From Candidatus Latescibacterota bacterium (GTDB lineage: Bacteria; Latescibacterota; UBA2968; GCA-2709665), in NCBI GenBank assembly GCA_963662665.2, contig CAXXJS010000017.1, positions 25,556-89,555 on the forward strand: 64,000 nucleotides of DNA. Reading direction: 5' to 3'. Both the position numbers and the translations under genes were made by a program. Shown piece by piece: positions 1-8,939 of this stretch. Under the pieces are notes generated by a model. It was given only the letters and a program-made list of their open reading frames with translations. It did no database searches and was not told where the DNA came from. Position 1 is the stretch's first letter. Each line of letters starts with the position of its first letter.

Positions 1-71
1 GGGGCAACGTCAAGGTGGAAAACGCGGCCGCCAAGATGAAGTTCACCTTCAAACGCGAACTGGATGATTAG
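1..71 (+). CDS. 3' end of a gene entering the window (unknown product)
   Basis: Frame from position 3 reads GNVKVENAAAKMKFTFKRELDD* with host-like codons, TAG at 69-71. Confidence 0.55.
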   Translation, partial: GNVKVENAAAKMKFTFKRELDD

Positions 72-85
72 CGTTCTTCAGTTGA

Positions 86-120
86 TGACAGTTCCCCCTT
101 CCTTCAGGAAGGGGGATAGG
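86..120. repeat. 35-nt palindromic intergenic repeat (copy A)
   Basis: Reverse complement CCTATCCCCCTTCC-TGAA-GGAAGGGGGAACTGTCA equals 49946-49980 except for the 4 loop bases. Confidence 0.85.
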
Positions 121-224
121 TCGCGCCCCATGGCGCATCTGCCCCTTCGCGCGAACGGTGGCGGAGAGGGGAGCTTTCCACCGCCCCGTAGAGCGCCTCG
201 CCTCTAACGCGTCCGGTGGCTGAG

Positions 225-399
225 TGGGGGCTTTTCCACGCGCTTCCGTCTGGCAGTGAAGTACCGTGGTACGGGATTCGTACGCAGGCCACCGACGCAG
301 ATAAATACCCTTGAGACGATTCGTGGAAAAGCAGCCCCGCGGCGTTTGAGCGGCGCCGTTCTTTTTGGTCCTTTTTCTTTGGCGAAAAAGAAAAAGGAC
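225..399 (+). repeat. ~175-nt structured interspersed element / candidate ncRNA (copy 1)
   Basis: Stem 230-240/322-332 (GCTTTTCCACG/CGTGGAAAAGC) and 13-bp stem 368-380/387-399; colinear with the reverse complement of 29283-29454. Confidence 0.8.
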
Positions 400-531
400 A
401 TTGAAATAGGGGAAGTCGGCGGGGTTGATAAATTCCATGCCTCTCCGAATCCAATGTCCCCAGGAACCGCAATTCCATTGCTCGAGTAACGCTGACAAAC
501 GCTGTTCACGGCCGCCATTCTGATTCCGGAG

Positions 532-2253
532 GTGAGTGCCATTAACCGCCAGGACGACGGAAATCGCCAGCGAAAGTCGCCGGACGACTTTCTGCAGGAC
601 TACGTGGATATGCAGCACACGTTCCGGTCGCTGTCCATTATCGACCAGATATTGATGTCCATGGACGAAAAGGACAAGCGGCGCCCCCTGCTCTACCATC
701 TCCGCCGCCAGCTTCAGGAAGACGAGATTACGTTCGAGGAGGCCAGGCGGACCATCGTGGAGATGGAGACCGCGCTGGAGAAGGTGACGGCGCCGGCCAA
801 CCGCGTGGGAACGCTTCTGGAGGCCCCCCGCGACGGGGTGGCCTATATCAGCGTGGGCGGCTCGGAATATTACGCGAACGTGGATTCCCGGCTGGACCAG
901 GAGGCGCTGAAGGTGGGCACGAGGGTGCTGGTCAACGACGCGTTTGCCATCGTCGGCGAACTGGGAATTTCGGTTGCCGGCCAGGTGGCGAAGATCTCCG
1001 ACGTGCTCGAAGACGGCCGGCTGCGCGTCGGCCAGGAGCCGGGCGGGCAGGTCACCGTGCTTTCCCGCTCCAGCGATTTGGCGCCGGTGTCTCTGAAGGC
1101 GGGCGACGACGTCCGCGTGGATCCGAATTTCCGCGTGGCGCTGGAACGGATGCCCGAAAAAGACGCGAAAGACTACTACCTCGAAGAGATTCCACATCTG
1201 CCCTGGGATAAGATCGGCGGCCAGGAGGAGGCCATCCAGGCCATTAAGGATACAATTGAGATGCCGGCGCTGCATCCGGACCTGTTTTCCAGGTTCCAGT
1301 ACAGCGTACCCAAGGGGTTCCTGTTGTACGGCCCGCCGGGCTGCGGCAAGACCCTGATCGGCAAGGCAACCGCCTACAACCTCGTCAAGCAGGCCCAGCA
1401 GGAGGCCGGTCTGAACCTGAAAGAATGTTTCATGAATATCAAAGGCCCGGAAATCCTGAACATGTGGCTGGGCGAGTCCGAACGCCAGGTTCGCGAGATT
1501 TTTTCCAGGGCCCGGGAGAAGCGGAAAGAGGGCTGCCTGCCGGTGGTATTCATCGACGAAGCGGAGTCGGTTCTCGGCACCCGCCGGGCCATGCGGTCGC
1601 ACAGCATTTCAAATACGGTGGTGCCGATGTTCTGTTCGGAAATGGACGGCATCGAGTCGCTGCAGGACGTGGTGATCATACTGGCGTCCAACCGGCCCGA
1701 CCTGATCGATCCCGCCATTTTGCGGCCGGGAAGAATCGACAGGAAAATAAAGGTGAAGCGCCCGGACCGGTACGGCGCGCTCGATATCCTCAAGATCTAC
1801 CTGACGCCCGACCTGCCGATCGATCGGAAGGCCCTGGAACAACACGACGGCGACGCGTCCGGAGCGGTGGAATTCCTCGTTGCGCGCACGGCGGAAGAGA
1901 TTTTTTCAAAGAGGGACCATACGCGATTTCTCGAAGTGACCCTCCGAAGCGGCCGGAAAGACGTTCTGCGCCGGGGGGATCTGGCCAGCGGGGCCATCAT
2001 GGAATCGATTGTGAGGCGCGCGAAAGAAATGGCCATCCGTCGCTCGATCTCGTCGGGCATTGAAGAGGGCATTTCCCAGGACGATCTCCTTCAGGCGGTC
2101 GAGACCGAGTACACGGAGAATGAGATTTTCCCGCCCACGGATAATACCGAAGACTGGTTGAAGCTGCTGGACTACGATCCGGAAAACGTCGTGCGGGCGT
2201 CGCCTGTTCGCCCGGGGCGGGAAGTGGACCGGCGTGCGAGTCGCACGGTATAG
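532..2253 (+). CDS. arc: Proteasome-associated AAA+ ATPase (ARC/Mpa family)
   Basis: N-terminal coiled coil and OB-like region, Walker A GPPGCGKT, NIKGPEILN, Walker B VFIDEAE, SRH ASNRPDLIDPAILRPGRID; first gene of proteasome operon. Confidence 0.93.
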   Translation: MSAINRQDDGNRQRKSPDDFLQDYVDMQHTFRSLSIIDQILMSMDEKDKRRPLLYHLRRQLQEDEITFEEARRTIVEMETALEKVTAPANRVGTLLEAPRDGVAYISVGGSEYYANVDSRLDQEALKVGTRVLVNDAFAIVGELGISVAGQVAKISDVLEDGRLRVGQEPGGQVTVLSRSSDLAPVSLKAGDDVRVDPNFRVALERMPEKDAKDYYLEEIPHLPWDKIGGQEEAIQAIKDTIEMPALHPDLFSRFQYSVPKGFLLYGPPGCGKTLIGKATAYNLVKQAQQEAGLNLKECFMNIKGPEILNMWLGESERQVREIFSRAREKRKEGCLPVVFIDEAESVLGTRRAMRSHSISNTVVPMFCSEMDGIESLQDVVIILASNRPDLIDPAILRPGRIDRKIKVKRPDRYGALDILKIYLTPDLPIDRKALEQHDGDASGAVEFLVARTAEEIFSKRDHTRFLEVTLRSGRKDVLRRGDLASGAIMESIVRRAKEMAIRRSISSGIEEGISQDDLLQAVETEYTENEIFPPTDNTEDWLKLLDYDPENVVRASPVRPGREVDRRASRTV

Positions 2254-2330
2254 GGTTCCGGCGCTATCCTTTCTGGCTTGGCGCCGCATCAGGTGGCAAG
2301 GTTTTTCCTCTACCGTCTCCCCGCCTCTCG

Positions 2331-2355
2331 AAAAGGACATTGAAATAGGGGAAGT
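2331..2355 (+). repeat. 25-nt direct repeat shared by arc and dop upstream regions
   Basis: AAAAGGACATTGAAATAGGGGAAGT is identical at 392-416 and 2331-2355. Confidence 0.85.
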
Positions 2356-2458
2356 TGGTGGGAGGTGTGAATCCAATTTCACACATTTTCACCCATATCC
2401 ACGCGAAGCGAAACGCGGTATCTGCCTTTCCCTTGAAATCAAGATCTGAGCATGAGTC

Positions 2459-3979
2459 ATGAATCGACTTTTCGGCCTGGAAACGGAGTACGGAATCACC
2501 ATTGACGGTGTGGGCGGCATCGACGTGGTGGAAGAGTCGATGCAGCTGATCCGTTGCTATCTCCAGGGTGAATTCACACCCCTGTGGGACTATCAGCTGG
2601 AAAACCCCCGTAAAGACGTGCGGGGGTTTGAAGTGAGTTCCCTGCTGAACGATACGGACGAGAAGGTCCACCTCCAGAAGGACCGTCAGCGAAAGGTGCC
2701 CCTGAAGGAATTGAAAAGCGACCTGATTATCTGTAACGGCGCCCGATTCTACAACGACCATACCCATCCTGAATATTCCACCGGCGAGTGCCTGAGCCTG
2801 TTCGAACTGGTCGCGCAGGACCGGGCGGGCGAGCGGATCGTGGATATCTGCGCACGACGGCGTACGGAGATGCTGCCCCGGGGCGAGGTCCGCATTTACA
2901 AGAACAACACCGACTTCGAAGGCCATAGCTACGGGTGTCACGAGAATTACCTGATGGACCGCGGGACGCCGTTCGACAGAATCGTGAAGGGCCTGCTGCC
3001 CTTTCTGGTTACGCGGCAGATATACGCGGGCGCCGGGAAGATGGGCGTGGAACGCGGCGACAGGGCGTCCATCTATCAACTCTCGCAGCGGTCCGAATTC
3101 TTCGAGGTGATCGCCAGTGTCGATACCATGCACAAGCGGCCGCTGATCAACACCCGCGACGAACCGCACGCCGACGCCGGCCGCTACCGCAGGCTGCACG
3201 TCATTCTTGGCGACGCAAACATGTCGGAATACGTCACGGCGCTGAAGGTCGGCGCCGCGGCCCTGGTGGTGGCGCTGGTGGAACAGGATGACCTGCCCGA
3301 CGTGGTCCTGAAGGATCCGATTTCGGCCCTGAATGACGTATCGCGCGACCAGAGTTATCAGTGGCTGGTGGAACTGGATCGCAAGACGGATCGGCTGGTT
3401 CCGGCCGTTGACGTCCAGCGGATGTACCTTGCCCGCGCGAAAGACCGGTTCGGAGGGCTGGACGTGGAGACGGACTGGGTCCTGAACGCCTGGGAGGAGA
3501 TCCTGGCGGACCTCGAACGGGACCCCATGGCAACGGTGGGCGTCTGCGACTGGGCAAGCAAGAAGTGGTTGCTGGATTGTTTTCGCGAGGCCGAGGGACT
3601 CTCCTGGGACAATCCGGACGATCTGGCCTGGCTTCAGAGCCAGGACCTGGAGTACCACAACGTGGACCGGGAGGCCGGTCTCTATTTTCTCCTGGAAGAC
3701 CAGGGCAAGATGGTCCGGCTCCTGGACGACGAGCGGATCGTGGAAGCGATGTCCGTTCCCCCCACCGACACACGGGCGTACTTCCGCGGGCGGTGCCTGG
3801 AGAAGTTCGGCCACGACGTCAAATCGGTCAACTGGGACCGGATCGTATTTTCATCGAACGGGAAACAGCGTTCCGTGGATATGAAGGATCTGGTTGATGG
3901 AGAGAAGGTCGCGTATTATAATAGGGTGTTGGATCGCTCGGATGAATTGGAGGAGTTCCTGAACGCACTCGAGGCCTGA
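2459..3979 (+). CDS. dop: Dop-like depupylase/deamidase (PafA2 family)
   Basis: FGLETEYG start, NGARFYNDHTHPEYS (Dop-type), KNNTDFEGHSYGCHENYL, INTRDEPHAD, RRLHVILGDAN. Confidence 0.88.
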   Translation: MNRLFGLETEYGITIDGVGGIDVVEESMQLIRCYLQGEFTPLWDYQLENPRKDVRGFEVSSLLNDTDEKVHLQKDRQRKVPLKELKSDLIICNGARFYNDHTHPEYSTGECLSLFELVAQDRAGERIVDICARRRTEMLPRGEVRIYKNNTDFEGHSYGCHENYLMDRGTPFDRIVKGLLPFLVTRQIYAGAGKMGVERGDRASIYQLSQRSEFFEVIASVDTMHKRPLINTRDEPHADAGRYRRLHVILGDANMSEYVTALKVGAAALVVALVEQDDLPDVVLKDPISALNDVSRDQSYQWLVELDRKTDRLVPAVDVQRMYLARAKDRFGGLDVETDWVLNAWEEILADLERDPMATVGVCDWASKKWLLDCFREAEGLSWDNPDDLAWLQSQDLEYHNVDREAGLYFLLEDQGKMVRLLDDERIVEAMSVPPTDTRAYFRGRCLEKFGHDVKSVNWDRIVFSSNGKQRSVDMKDLVDGEKVAYYNRVLDRSDELEEFLNALEA

Positions 3980-4137
3980 CCGTGGGTCGCTTCGCCGGTG
4001 CGTGTCGCGTGGCCGTTCGAGAGAACCTGCCTGCGTTCCTGAACGGATTCGAGGGTTCTGTCCCGGAAATAGATAGCCTGAATTCGGCGGATGAGCTGTG
4101 AAATATTCCCGGGACGGGACACAAGGAGGAGATGACA

Positions 4138-4329
4138 ATGAAGAAAGACCTGGCCGGTTTGGAACGGCGGACCCGGCGGACGGATCCGCCCGACGGAGGG
4201 CCGAACGAGGGGGACGACGGACCGTCCCGTCCGGACGTGGACCGACCCGATACCCGCGACCTGTTGCGCCGGATGCGCCGCGTAGACCCGAACCAGGCGC
4301 GACGCTACCGTCAGCGTACGGGCGAGTGA
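4138..4329 (+). CDS. ubact: Ubiquitin-like protein UBact (Pup analogue)
   Basis: Small charged, Pro-rich ORF between dop and prcB ending LLRRMRRVDPNQARRYRQRTGE (R[ST]G[EQ] terminus). AGGAGG at 4124-4129 favours ATG 4138 over 4132. Confidence 0.92.
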   Translation: MKKDLAGLERRTRRTDPPDGGPNEGDDGPSRPDVDRPDTRDLLRRMRRVDPNQARRYRQRTGE

Positions 4330-4333
4330 GCCT

Positions 4334-5152
4334 ATGGGTGCGGGCGGAGATTTTCTGGATCTGCTGAAAGCGGAAGGATACCGGCTGCCCGGCGCCGACC
4401 TGCGGGAAAGCGCGCCGGGCGGCGCGTCGCCCCTTCCGTTCCAGCCCACCGAGGGCACGACCATCCTGGCGCTTCGCTACCGGGACGGCGTCCTCATCGC
4501 GGGCGACCGGCGGGCTACGGCCGGCCATACGGTGCTTTATGACCGCGCCGACAAGGTCATCGATATAGACGCGTATTCCGTAATGGCCATTTCCGGATCG
4601 CCGGCGATGGCGTACGAAATCGCCCGCATTCTCGAACACACGTTTCAATATCACAGGCGCCGACAGTTACAGGAAATGAGCCTGGCGGCCAAGCTGAGGC
4701 GCCTTTCCCTCCTGATCCGCGACAATCTGCCGATGGCCCTGCAGGGCATCGGCCCGGTAATCCCCATTTTTGCCACGTACGATCGGCAGGACAGCCGCGG
4801 CAAGATCTTCTTTTACGACGTGCTGGGCGCGCAGTTCGAAAGCGCCGATTTTTCCACGACGGGATCGGGCGCGGCGGCCATCCGGGGCGCGATGTTTTAT
4901 AACAACCAGTGGGGCGAGCGCCCCTTTGCCGAACTGGACCGGAGCGAGAGCCTCGGAATGGCGTTGCGCCTGTTGCATACGGCCGCGGAATACGACGCCG
5001 CCACGGGAAGGTACGAGCGTAACTTCGGGGTGCTGCCCACGGTGAAGACAATTTCGGCTAAGGGACTGCAAACAGTGCCCGAGGAAGACCTGCGGGCGTC
5101 CTACGAGCATTATATCGCCCACGCCGACGGACCGGGAGACGCTGAAGAATGA
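4334..5152 (+). CDS. prcB: 20S proteasome beta subunit
   Basis: Propeptide then G|TTILAL nucleophile, AGDRRAT, TTGSG; Ntn-hydrolase pattern. Confidence 0.92.
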   Translation: MGAGGDFLDLLKAEGYRLPGADLRESAPGGASPLPFQPTEGTTILALRYRDGVLIAGDRRATAGHTVLYDRADKVIDIDAYSVMAISGSPAMAYEIARILEHTFQYHRRRQLQEMSLAAKLRRLSLLIRDNLPMALQGIGPVIPIFATYDRQDSRGKIFFYDVLGAQFESADFSTTGSGAAAIRGAMFYNNQWGERPFAELDRSESLGMALRLLHTAAEYDAATGRYERNFGVLPTVKTISAKGLQTVPEEDLRASYEHYIAHADGPGDAEE

Positions 5153-5928
5153 TGCTGGAAGAACCCTATCGCTGGGCGGAGGCGGTTGCCAACCGGCGGG
5201 AATATATCGAGGACCAGCTTCGGGGCGGCAGCCCGGTTGTGGGCCTGGCCTATCGGGACGGAGCGCTTCTGTTGACGCTGAGCCAGGGCCAGCAGAAAAT
5301 CTTCGAAGTGTACGACAGCATCGGCATGGGCGCCCTCGGACATCCCGCGGATATAGAGAAGTTGCGCCAGTCCGCCGTGGACCTGGCGTCCGTGATCGGG
5401 TTCAACTATTCGGAGCAGGACGTGAACCTGCAGCAGATCGTGCACTTCGGCCTGGCCCCCGCGGTGAAGCAGGCGTTCGACGAGGTTTTCCGATCGCCGT
5501 ATATCGTGCGAGTCCTGATGGTGGAGCTGGATGTATCGGAAAAGGGCGCCGTCTTCTATACGGTGGACTACGACGGCGCGTTCCAGAAACACGAGGGCCG
5601 CGGCGTTGTGGCAGAGGTTGCCGAAGCGGACGGGTTGATGCGGAGCTATCTGCCGGAAACCGGCCGCCTCAGCCTGCGAAACGCGTTGAAGGCCGCGCTG
5701 GAGGCCTGGGCGGCCGGACGTTTTGCTGGAGACCTGGACGAGATCCCCAGGGAGACGTCGGAGTTGGAACGGGCGGCCGCCGAGGCGGATCTGAAAGCTG
5801 TATTGAAGTCCGCGTTGAAATCGTCCACTGTCGAGGCCGTGGTGTTCAACCGGTCCGGGCCGGACAAACGCCGGTATCGCGTTGTTACGGATAGAGAGAT
5901 ACAGCCCGTGATCAGGCCGTATCGCTGA
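5149..5928 (+). CDS. prcA: 20S proteasome alpha subunit
   Basis: EEPYRW..ANRREYIEDQLRGGSPVV, KIFEVYD; ATGA overlap with prcB. Confidence 0.88.
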   Translation: MMLEEPYRWAEAVANRREYIEDQLRGGSPVVGLAYRDGALLLTLSQGQQKIFEVYDSIGMGALGHPADIEKLRQSAVDLASVIGFNYSEQDVNLQQIVHFGLAPAVKQAFDEVFRSPYIVRVLMVELDVSEKGAVFYTVDYDGAFQKHEGRGVVAEVAEADGLMRSYLPETGRLSLRNALKAALEAWAAGRFAGDLDEIPRETSELERAAAEADLKAVLKSALKSSTVEAVVFNRSGPDKRRYRVVTDREIQPVIRPYR

Positions 5929-6005
5929 GCGCGGCCCCGCCCCTGCCCGCGGGCGCGAACAGGGGGATGTGAATCCTTCAAGAGATAGACGTGTGAGGGC
6001 CCCCG

Positions 6006-7472
6006 ATGGAACGACGGATTTTCGGTCTGGAAACCGAATATGGATGCATGGCGCCGGAGCACGAGGGGTTCGTGAGCCCGGATGCCATTACGGTGAAGGT
6101 GAAGGACCATATTTTCCACACCGAGCGTAAGGGAATTGTAGATATCCATTATCGGGGCCGGGACGAACCGCCGGGAAACGGCGGTTTTTTGTTCAATTCC
6201 GGCAGGGTCTATATCGATATGGGGCATATCGAATATACCACGCCGGAATGCAAGAGTCTTTTCGACCTGGTGGCCTCCGACCGGGCGGGAGAACGGATTC
6301 TGCAGCGCTCGCTTCGTTCGCTGGGGCTGGCGAAGGAGGCTTCGTTCCTCAAGAACAATATCGACCACTATACCGGCGCCACCTTCGGCTGCCACGAGAA
6401 CTACCTGATCCGGCGAAACGTGCCGTTTTCCATGGTGGTGATTCCCGCGCTGCTCCCGTTTCTGGTTACGCGGCAGATTTACAGCGGCGCCGGCCGCGTG
6501 GGCAGCTACGACGACAGTTTCTACTACTATGGCCGGGACGACGTCGACGACGCCGGCCACGAGGATCCCGTCGCCTTTCAGATTTCGCAGCGCGCGGACC
6601 ACATTGTCACCGAAATCTACCAGTGGATCCAGTTTTCCCGTGCCATTATCAACACGCGAGACGAGCCGCTGGCCGACTACAACAAGTACCGCAGGCTGCA
6701 CCTGCTGATGGGCGACTCCAATATGTCGGAGTACGCCACCGCTCTGAAGGTGGGCGCCACCGCGATGGTGTTGAATCTGCTGGAGCAGAGGATCTTTCCA
6801 CAGGACGTGGGCCTGGGTGACCCTGTCTGGGCGTTGAAGGAGATTTCCAGGGATCCCACCCACAAATGGATCCTCGAACGCAAGAACGGCCGGCCGGTGT
6901 CGGCAATCGATATCCAGCGGCGCTACCTGGACCTGGCGAAGCGCCACCTGCGGGGGATGGACGAGGAGTCGGACTGGGTGCTGGTTGAATGGGAACAGAC
7001 GCTGAACGCCCTGGAGCGGGACCCGATGGTCCTGAAGGACCGGCTGGACTGGGTGGCCAAGAAGTGGATGCTGGAGATGTTCGTGCAGTCGGAAGGCGTG
7101 GATTGGAACGACCCGTGGCTCCAGAGCCTGGACCTTGAGTACCACAATATCGACCCCAACCAGGGATTTTACCTCGACCTCGAGCGCAAGGGGATGACAC
7201 GCCGAATATTGACCGAGGAGCAGATCGCCCGCGCGGGAGACGAACCGCCGGCCGATACGCGGGCCCGGGGCCGGTCCGACGTGATCAGGGCCCTGTCGGA
7301 GAACCGGATGCGGTATATCGTGGACTGGGACTCGGTCTATCTCGAAAACGAGAGCCACCTGAGTCTCCAGGATCCTTTCGATACCTACCGGGAAGCGGCG
7401 GCGGAGTTCATCCACGAGATCCGCTCGGCCTCGCCCTCTCCACGCCGCACCATGCGGCGCCGGCTGAAGTGA
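6006..7472 (+). CDS. pafA: PafA-like UBact-protein ligase
   Basis: RRIFGLETEYG, GRVYIDMGHIEYTTPEC (ligase-type), GCHENYL, ISQRADH, RAIINTRDEPLAD, DLEYH. Confidence 0.88.
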   Translation: MERRIFGLETEYGCMAPEHEGFVSPDAITVKVKDHIFHTERKGIVDIHYRGRDEPPGNGGFLFNSGRVYIDMGHIEYTTPECKSLFDLVASDRAGERILQRSLRSLGLAKEASFLKNNIDHYTGATFGCHENYLIRRNVPFSMVVIPALLPFLVTRQIYSGAGRVGSYDDSFYYYGRDDVDDAGHEDPVAFQISQRADHIVTEIYQWIQFSRAIINTRDEPLADYNKYRRLHLLMGDSNMSEYATALKVGATAMVLNLLEQRIFPQDVGLGDPVWALKEISRDPTHKWILERKNGRPVSAIDIQRRYLDLAKRHLRGMDEESDWVLVEWEQTLNALERDPMVLKDRLDWVAKKWMLEMFVQSEGVDWNDPWLQSLDLEYHNIDPNQGFYLDLERKGMTRRILTEEQIARAGDEPPADTRARGRSDVIRALSENRMRYIVDWDSVYLENESHLSLQDPFDTYREAAAEFIHEIRSASPSPRRTMRRRLK

Positions 7473-7522
7473 TTACCCGCGTATAGTCGTTGAAATGCGC
7501 TGCCACAGGCAACGTCGCACAC

Positions 7523-7570
7523 ACGGGATGCCCGAAAGGATACACACACCTTCGCGCATCCCGTTTTTCT
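7523..7570 (+). terminator. Possible intrinsic terminator of proteasome operon
   Basis: ACGGGATGC...GCATCCCGT stem followed by T-run, about 50 nt after pafA stop. Confidence 0.45.
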
Positions 7571-7650
7571 GTCGGGCAACGAGGCTCGACAGCGTGAAAT
7601 GTGCGGTTTTTCAGGACGCGTTTTGTGTAATTCCCAATTCAATTACTATC

Positions 7651-7680
7651 TTGACTAAATTTACTCAATAGAGTAAATTT
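7651..7680 (+). promoter_or_regulatory. Sigma70-type promoter with embedded perfect palindromic operator; predicted leaderless transcript
   Basis: TTGACT(7651-56)-17 nt-TAAATT(7674-79); AAATTTACTC-AATA-GAGTAAATTT at 7657-7680; ATG at 7686 with no SD. Confidence 0.8.
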
Positions 7681-7685
7681 GAAGC

Positions 7686-8939
7686 ATGCAATCTTTTCAA
7701 CGTATTCAGGTAAAGACTCTGATGGACAGGTTGGACGAGGCGCCCCACCAAATCATCGCTCTTTTCGGGCCACGCCAAACGGGCAAAACGACCATCGTGC
7801 GCCAGGCGCTGCGGCAGATTGACCTCGAGAGTCGCTATCTGTCCGTGGACGAACCCGACAGTTTCGAAAATCGCGTTCATTCAGATATTGTCGCATCAAC
7901 CTTCCCTTTCAGACAGGAGCGAGGTACCGAGTGGCTTGTGCGAAACTGGGAAGACGCCCGGCAGGAGGCCGAACGTTTCCAACGCGGTTTCGTGCTGGCG
8001 ATAGACGAAATTCAAAAGGTCCCGAATTGGTCAGACACCGTGAAGGGTCTGTGGGACGCGGACCGTGCCCGTAACTGTCCTCTGCACGTGGTGATCCTTG
8101 GCTCGGCGCCCCTGCTGATGCAATCGGGATTGAGCGAGAGCCTCGCCGGCCGCTTTGAGCCCATCGGTGTCTCTCACTGGTCGTTTTCGGAAACGGCCGA
8201 GGCATTCGATTTCGATCTGGCGAAATTTCTGTACTTCGGGGGCTATCCTGGGTCTGCACGATTCGCACGTAACCCGGATCGGTGGCGCAACTACATCCTG
8301 GGTGCACTAATTGAACCGAACGTCGAACGGGATATTCTCGCAATGACGCGGGTCGACAAGCCGGCACTTCTGAAACGCCTATTCGAAGTGGGCGCCGCAC
8401 AATCCGGTCAGATTCTCTCGTATACGAAAATGCTGGGCCAACTGCAAGATGCCGGCAACACCACCACCCTTGCACGTTACCTGGACCTGCTCTCCAGCGC
8501 CGGTCTGCTCGCGGGCTTGCCGAAGTACTCCAACCGGTTGTTTCGGCGCAGGGCTTCGAGCCCCAAGCTCAACGTGCTCAACACCGCTTTGATGACGGCT
8601 GGCTCAGGATACTCTTTTAATGAAGCGCAGGCCGACCGGTCATTCTGGGGGCGCATTGTAGAGAGTGCGGTCGGCGCCCATCTATATAATACATCGCGAC
8701 CGGACACCCGTCTCTACTACTGGCGGGATGGTTCACACGAAGTCGATTTCGTCCTGCAACGCGGACCTCGCATCATCGCCATCGAGGTCAAAAGCAGTAC
8801 AAGGAACCAGACTTTTCGTGGAATGCACATTTTCGAGCAGCAATTTCGTCCGTATCGGTCCCTGCTCGTCGGAGAAGGCGGTATCGGACTCCATGAGTTT
8901 CTGACTGTACCTGCCAGTCACTGGTTTGAGGAACAGTGA
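7686..8939 (+). CDS. AAA_14 / DUF4143 family ATPase with C-terminal nuclease-like motif
   Basis: GPRQTGKTT, IDEIQK, ILGSA, SESLAGRF, GGYP, YYWRD..EVDFVL...IEVK. Confidence 0.9.
   Translation: MQSFQRIQVKTLMDRLDEAPHQIIALFGPRQTGKTTIVRQALRQIDLESRYLSVDEPDSFENRVHSDIVASTFPFRQERGTEWLVRNWEDARQEAERFQRGFVLAIDEIQKVPNWSDTVKGLWDADRARNCPLHVVILGSAPLLMQSGLSESLAGRFEPIGVSHWSFSETAEAFDFDLAKFLYFGGYPGSARFARNPDRWRNYILGALIEPNVERDILAMTRVDKPALLKRLFEVGAAQSGQILSYTKMLGQLQDAGNTTTLARYLDLLSSAGLLAGLPKYSNRLFRRRASSPKLNVLNTALMTAGSGYSFNEAQADRSFWGRIVESAVGAHLYNTSRPDTRLYYWRDGSHEVDFVLQRGPRIIAIEVKSSTRNQTFRGMHIFEQQFRPYRSLLVGEGGIGLHEFLTVPASHWFEEQ

Noticed and set aside
401-435. TTGAAA in the arc/dop repeat as a sigma70 -35
   Set aside because: No acceptable -10 at 16-18 nt in either copy.
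49-7415. Long minus-strand ORFs 49-1602, 2264-3814, 5646-7415
   Set aside because: Antisense shadows of arc, dop and pafA, typical of high-GC codon bias; no motifs.
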